Shown here in pieces: positions 31,860 through 32,559 of a DNA stretch of 32,559 nucleotides. The notes under the pieces were generated by a model, which searched no databases, was not told the DNA's origin, and saw nothing but the letters and a program-made list of their open reading frames with translations. This DNA comes from Octopus sinensis (lineage: Eukaryota). The first letter of the stretch is position 1. The number at the start of each line of letters is the position of its first letter. A program made the translations under genes and the position numbers. The DNA lies in contig NW_021829613.1 in the NCBI RefSeq assembly GCF_006345805.1, forward strand, positions 1 through 32,559, given 5' to 3'.

Positions 31860-32019
31860 CAATTTACAACCGAAAGGCAGAGCGATAGACGTCACTAAAG
31901 TGACTAAGGGTACTAGTTAGCACCAGCATTGCTAGAAATAAAAGTCAAAACAACTTTTAGCCACGATAAAGCACTCATCTTAGGACTACAAGGGAGGCAA
32001 GTTCCCTAGAGCACCCGTA
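31860..32019 (-). repeat. 160-bp unclassified repeat, right member of the inverted pair with 26471-26630
   Basis: Reverse complement of 26471-26630 with six mismatches; same start (tacggg) and same inner end (gtaaattg). Confidence 0.9.
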
Positions 32020-32224
32020 TATATATTTATATATACATACATATCACACAATATCAGAATTTTGATGAGTGAACATCAAGTCGCCTCATATGAGATTGTT
32101 AATTTTAAAACAAATCAACAAGTTTTCTGTTATTAACATGTAATTCATATTCATTTTGTTTCTCAATGTATCTGAATGAAAAAGTAGGGTTGTGAAACCC
32201 TTCTTTTGGACGGCGCTTCTGGCA

Positions 32225-32455
32225 TACCTATTTCTTTACTACCCACAAGGGGCTAAACACAGAGGGGACAAACACGGACAGACAAACGGATTAAGTCGAT
32301 TACTTCGACCCCAGTGCGTAACTGGTACTTAATTTATCGACCCCGAAAGGATGAAAGGCAAAGTCAACCTCGGCGGAATTTGAATTCAGAACGTAACGGC
32401 AGACGAAATACGGCTACGCATTTCGCCCGGCCTGCTAACGTTTCTGCCAGCTCAT
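32225..32455 (-). mobile_element. Near full-length SINE family B
   Basis: tacctatttctttactacccacaaggggctaaacacag...gctaacgtttctgccagctc, colinear with 25878-26110. Confidence 0.9.
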
Positions 32456-32559
32456 TGTTAACCAAAGTTAACAACGAACATATTGCTGTTATAAGTGTGA
32501 AACGAGCATTAGCAAAAAGTGTAATATTTAAAAAGACCAAACTTTATTGTAAATAAGAT

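Overview
AT-rich, repeat-saturated animal genomic DNA, most likely from an octopus (inferred from the SINE families and microsatellite load). It contains no complete protein-coding gene, and most ORFs in the supplied track are translations of simple repeats. Identifiable elements: a 5'-truncated CR1-group LINE (APE + RT, ~14313-17127, +); a 5'-truncated Penelope-like element (RT C-terminus + GIY-YIG, ~11211-12709, -); a full-length decayed Tc1 transposon (19627-20881); an internally deleted mariner with a duplicated left end (2927-3514); a Tc2/pogo-type MITE (5115-5626); two non-autonomous Helitrons (30013-30376, 31123-31502); many tRNA-derived SINEs; and one plausible 153-nt host exon (30861-31013, +). 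Main result of the hunt: six type-I hammerhead ribozyme motifs from dissimilar sequence families within ~21 kb (339-454, 4331-4369, 8070-8115, 11261-11304, 13404-13486, 21123-21164), all with a palindromic stem III. Three keep the full catalytic core (one via a U3-A8 covariation), and three sit in fold-back structures, including a 311-bp element with 100-bp arms differing at one position. Other notable structures: a Helitron pair positioned for end-bypass capture of the candidate exon, a 160-bp inverted-repeat pair 5.2 kb apart bracketing that exon, a head-to-head SINE palindrome, and a G-rich 8-mer minisatellite expanded inside a SINE. All structures were read by eye; SINE and microsatellite boundaries are approximate.
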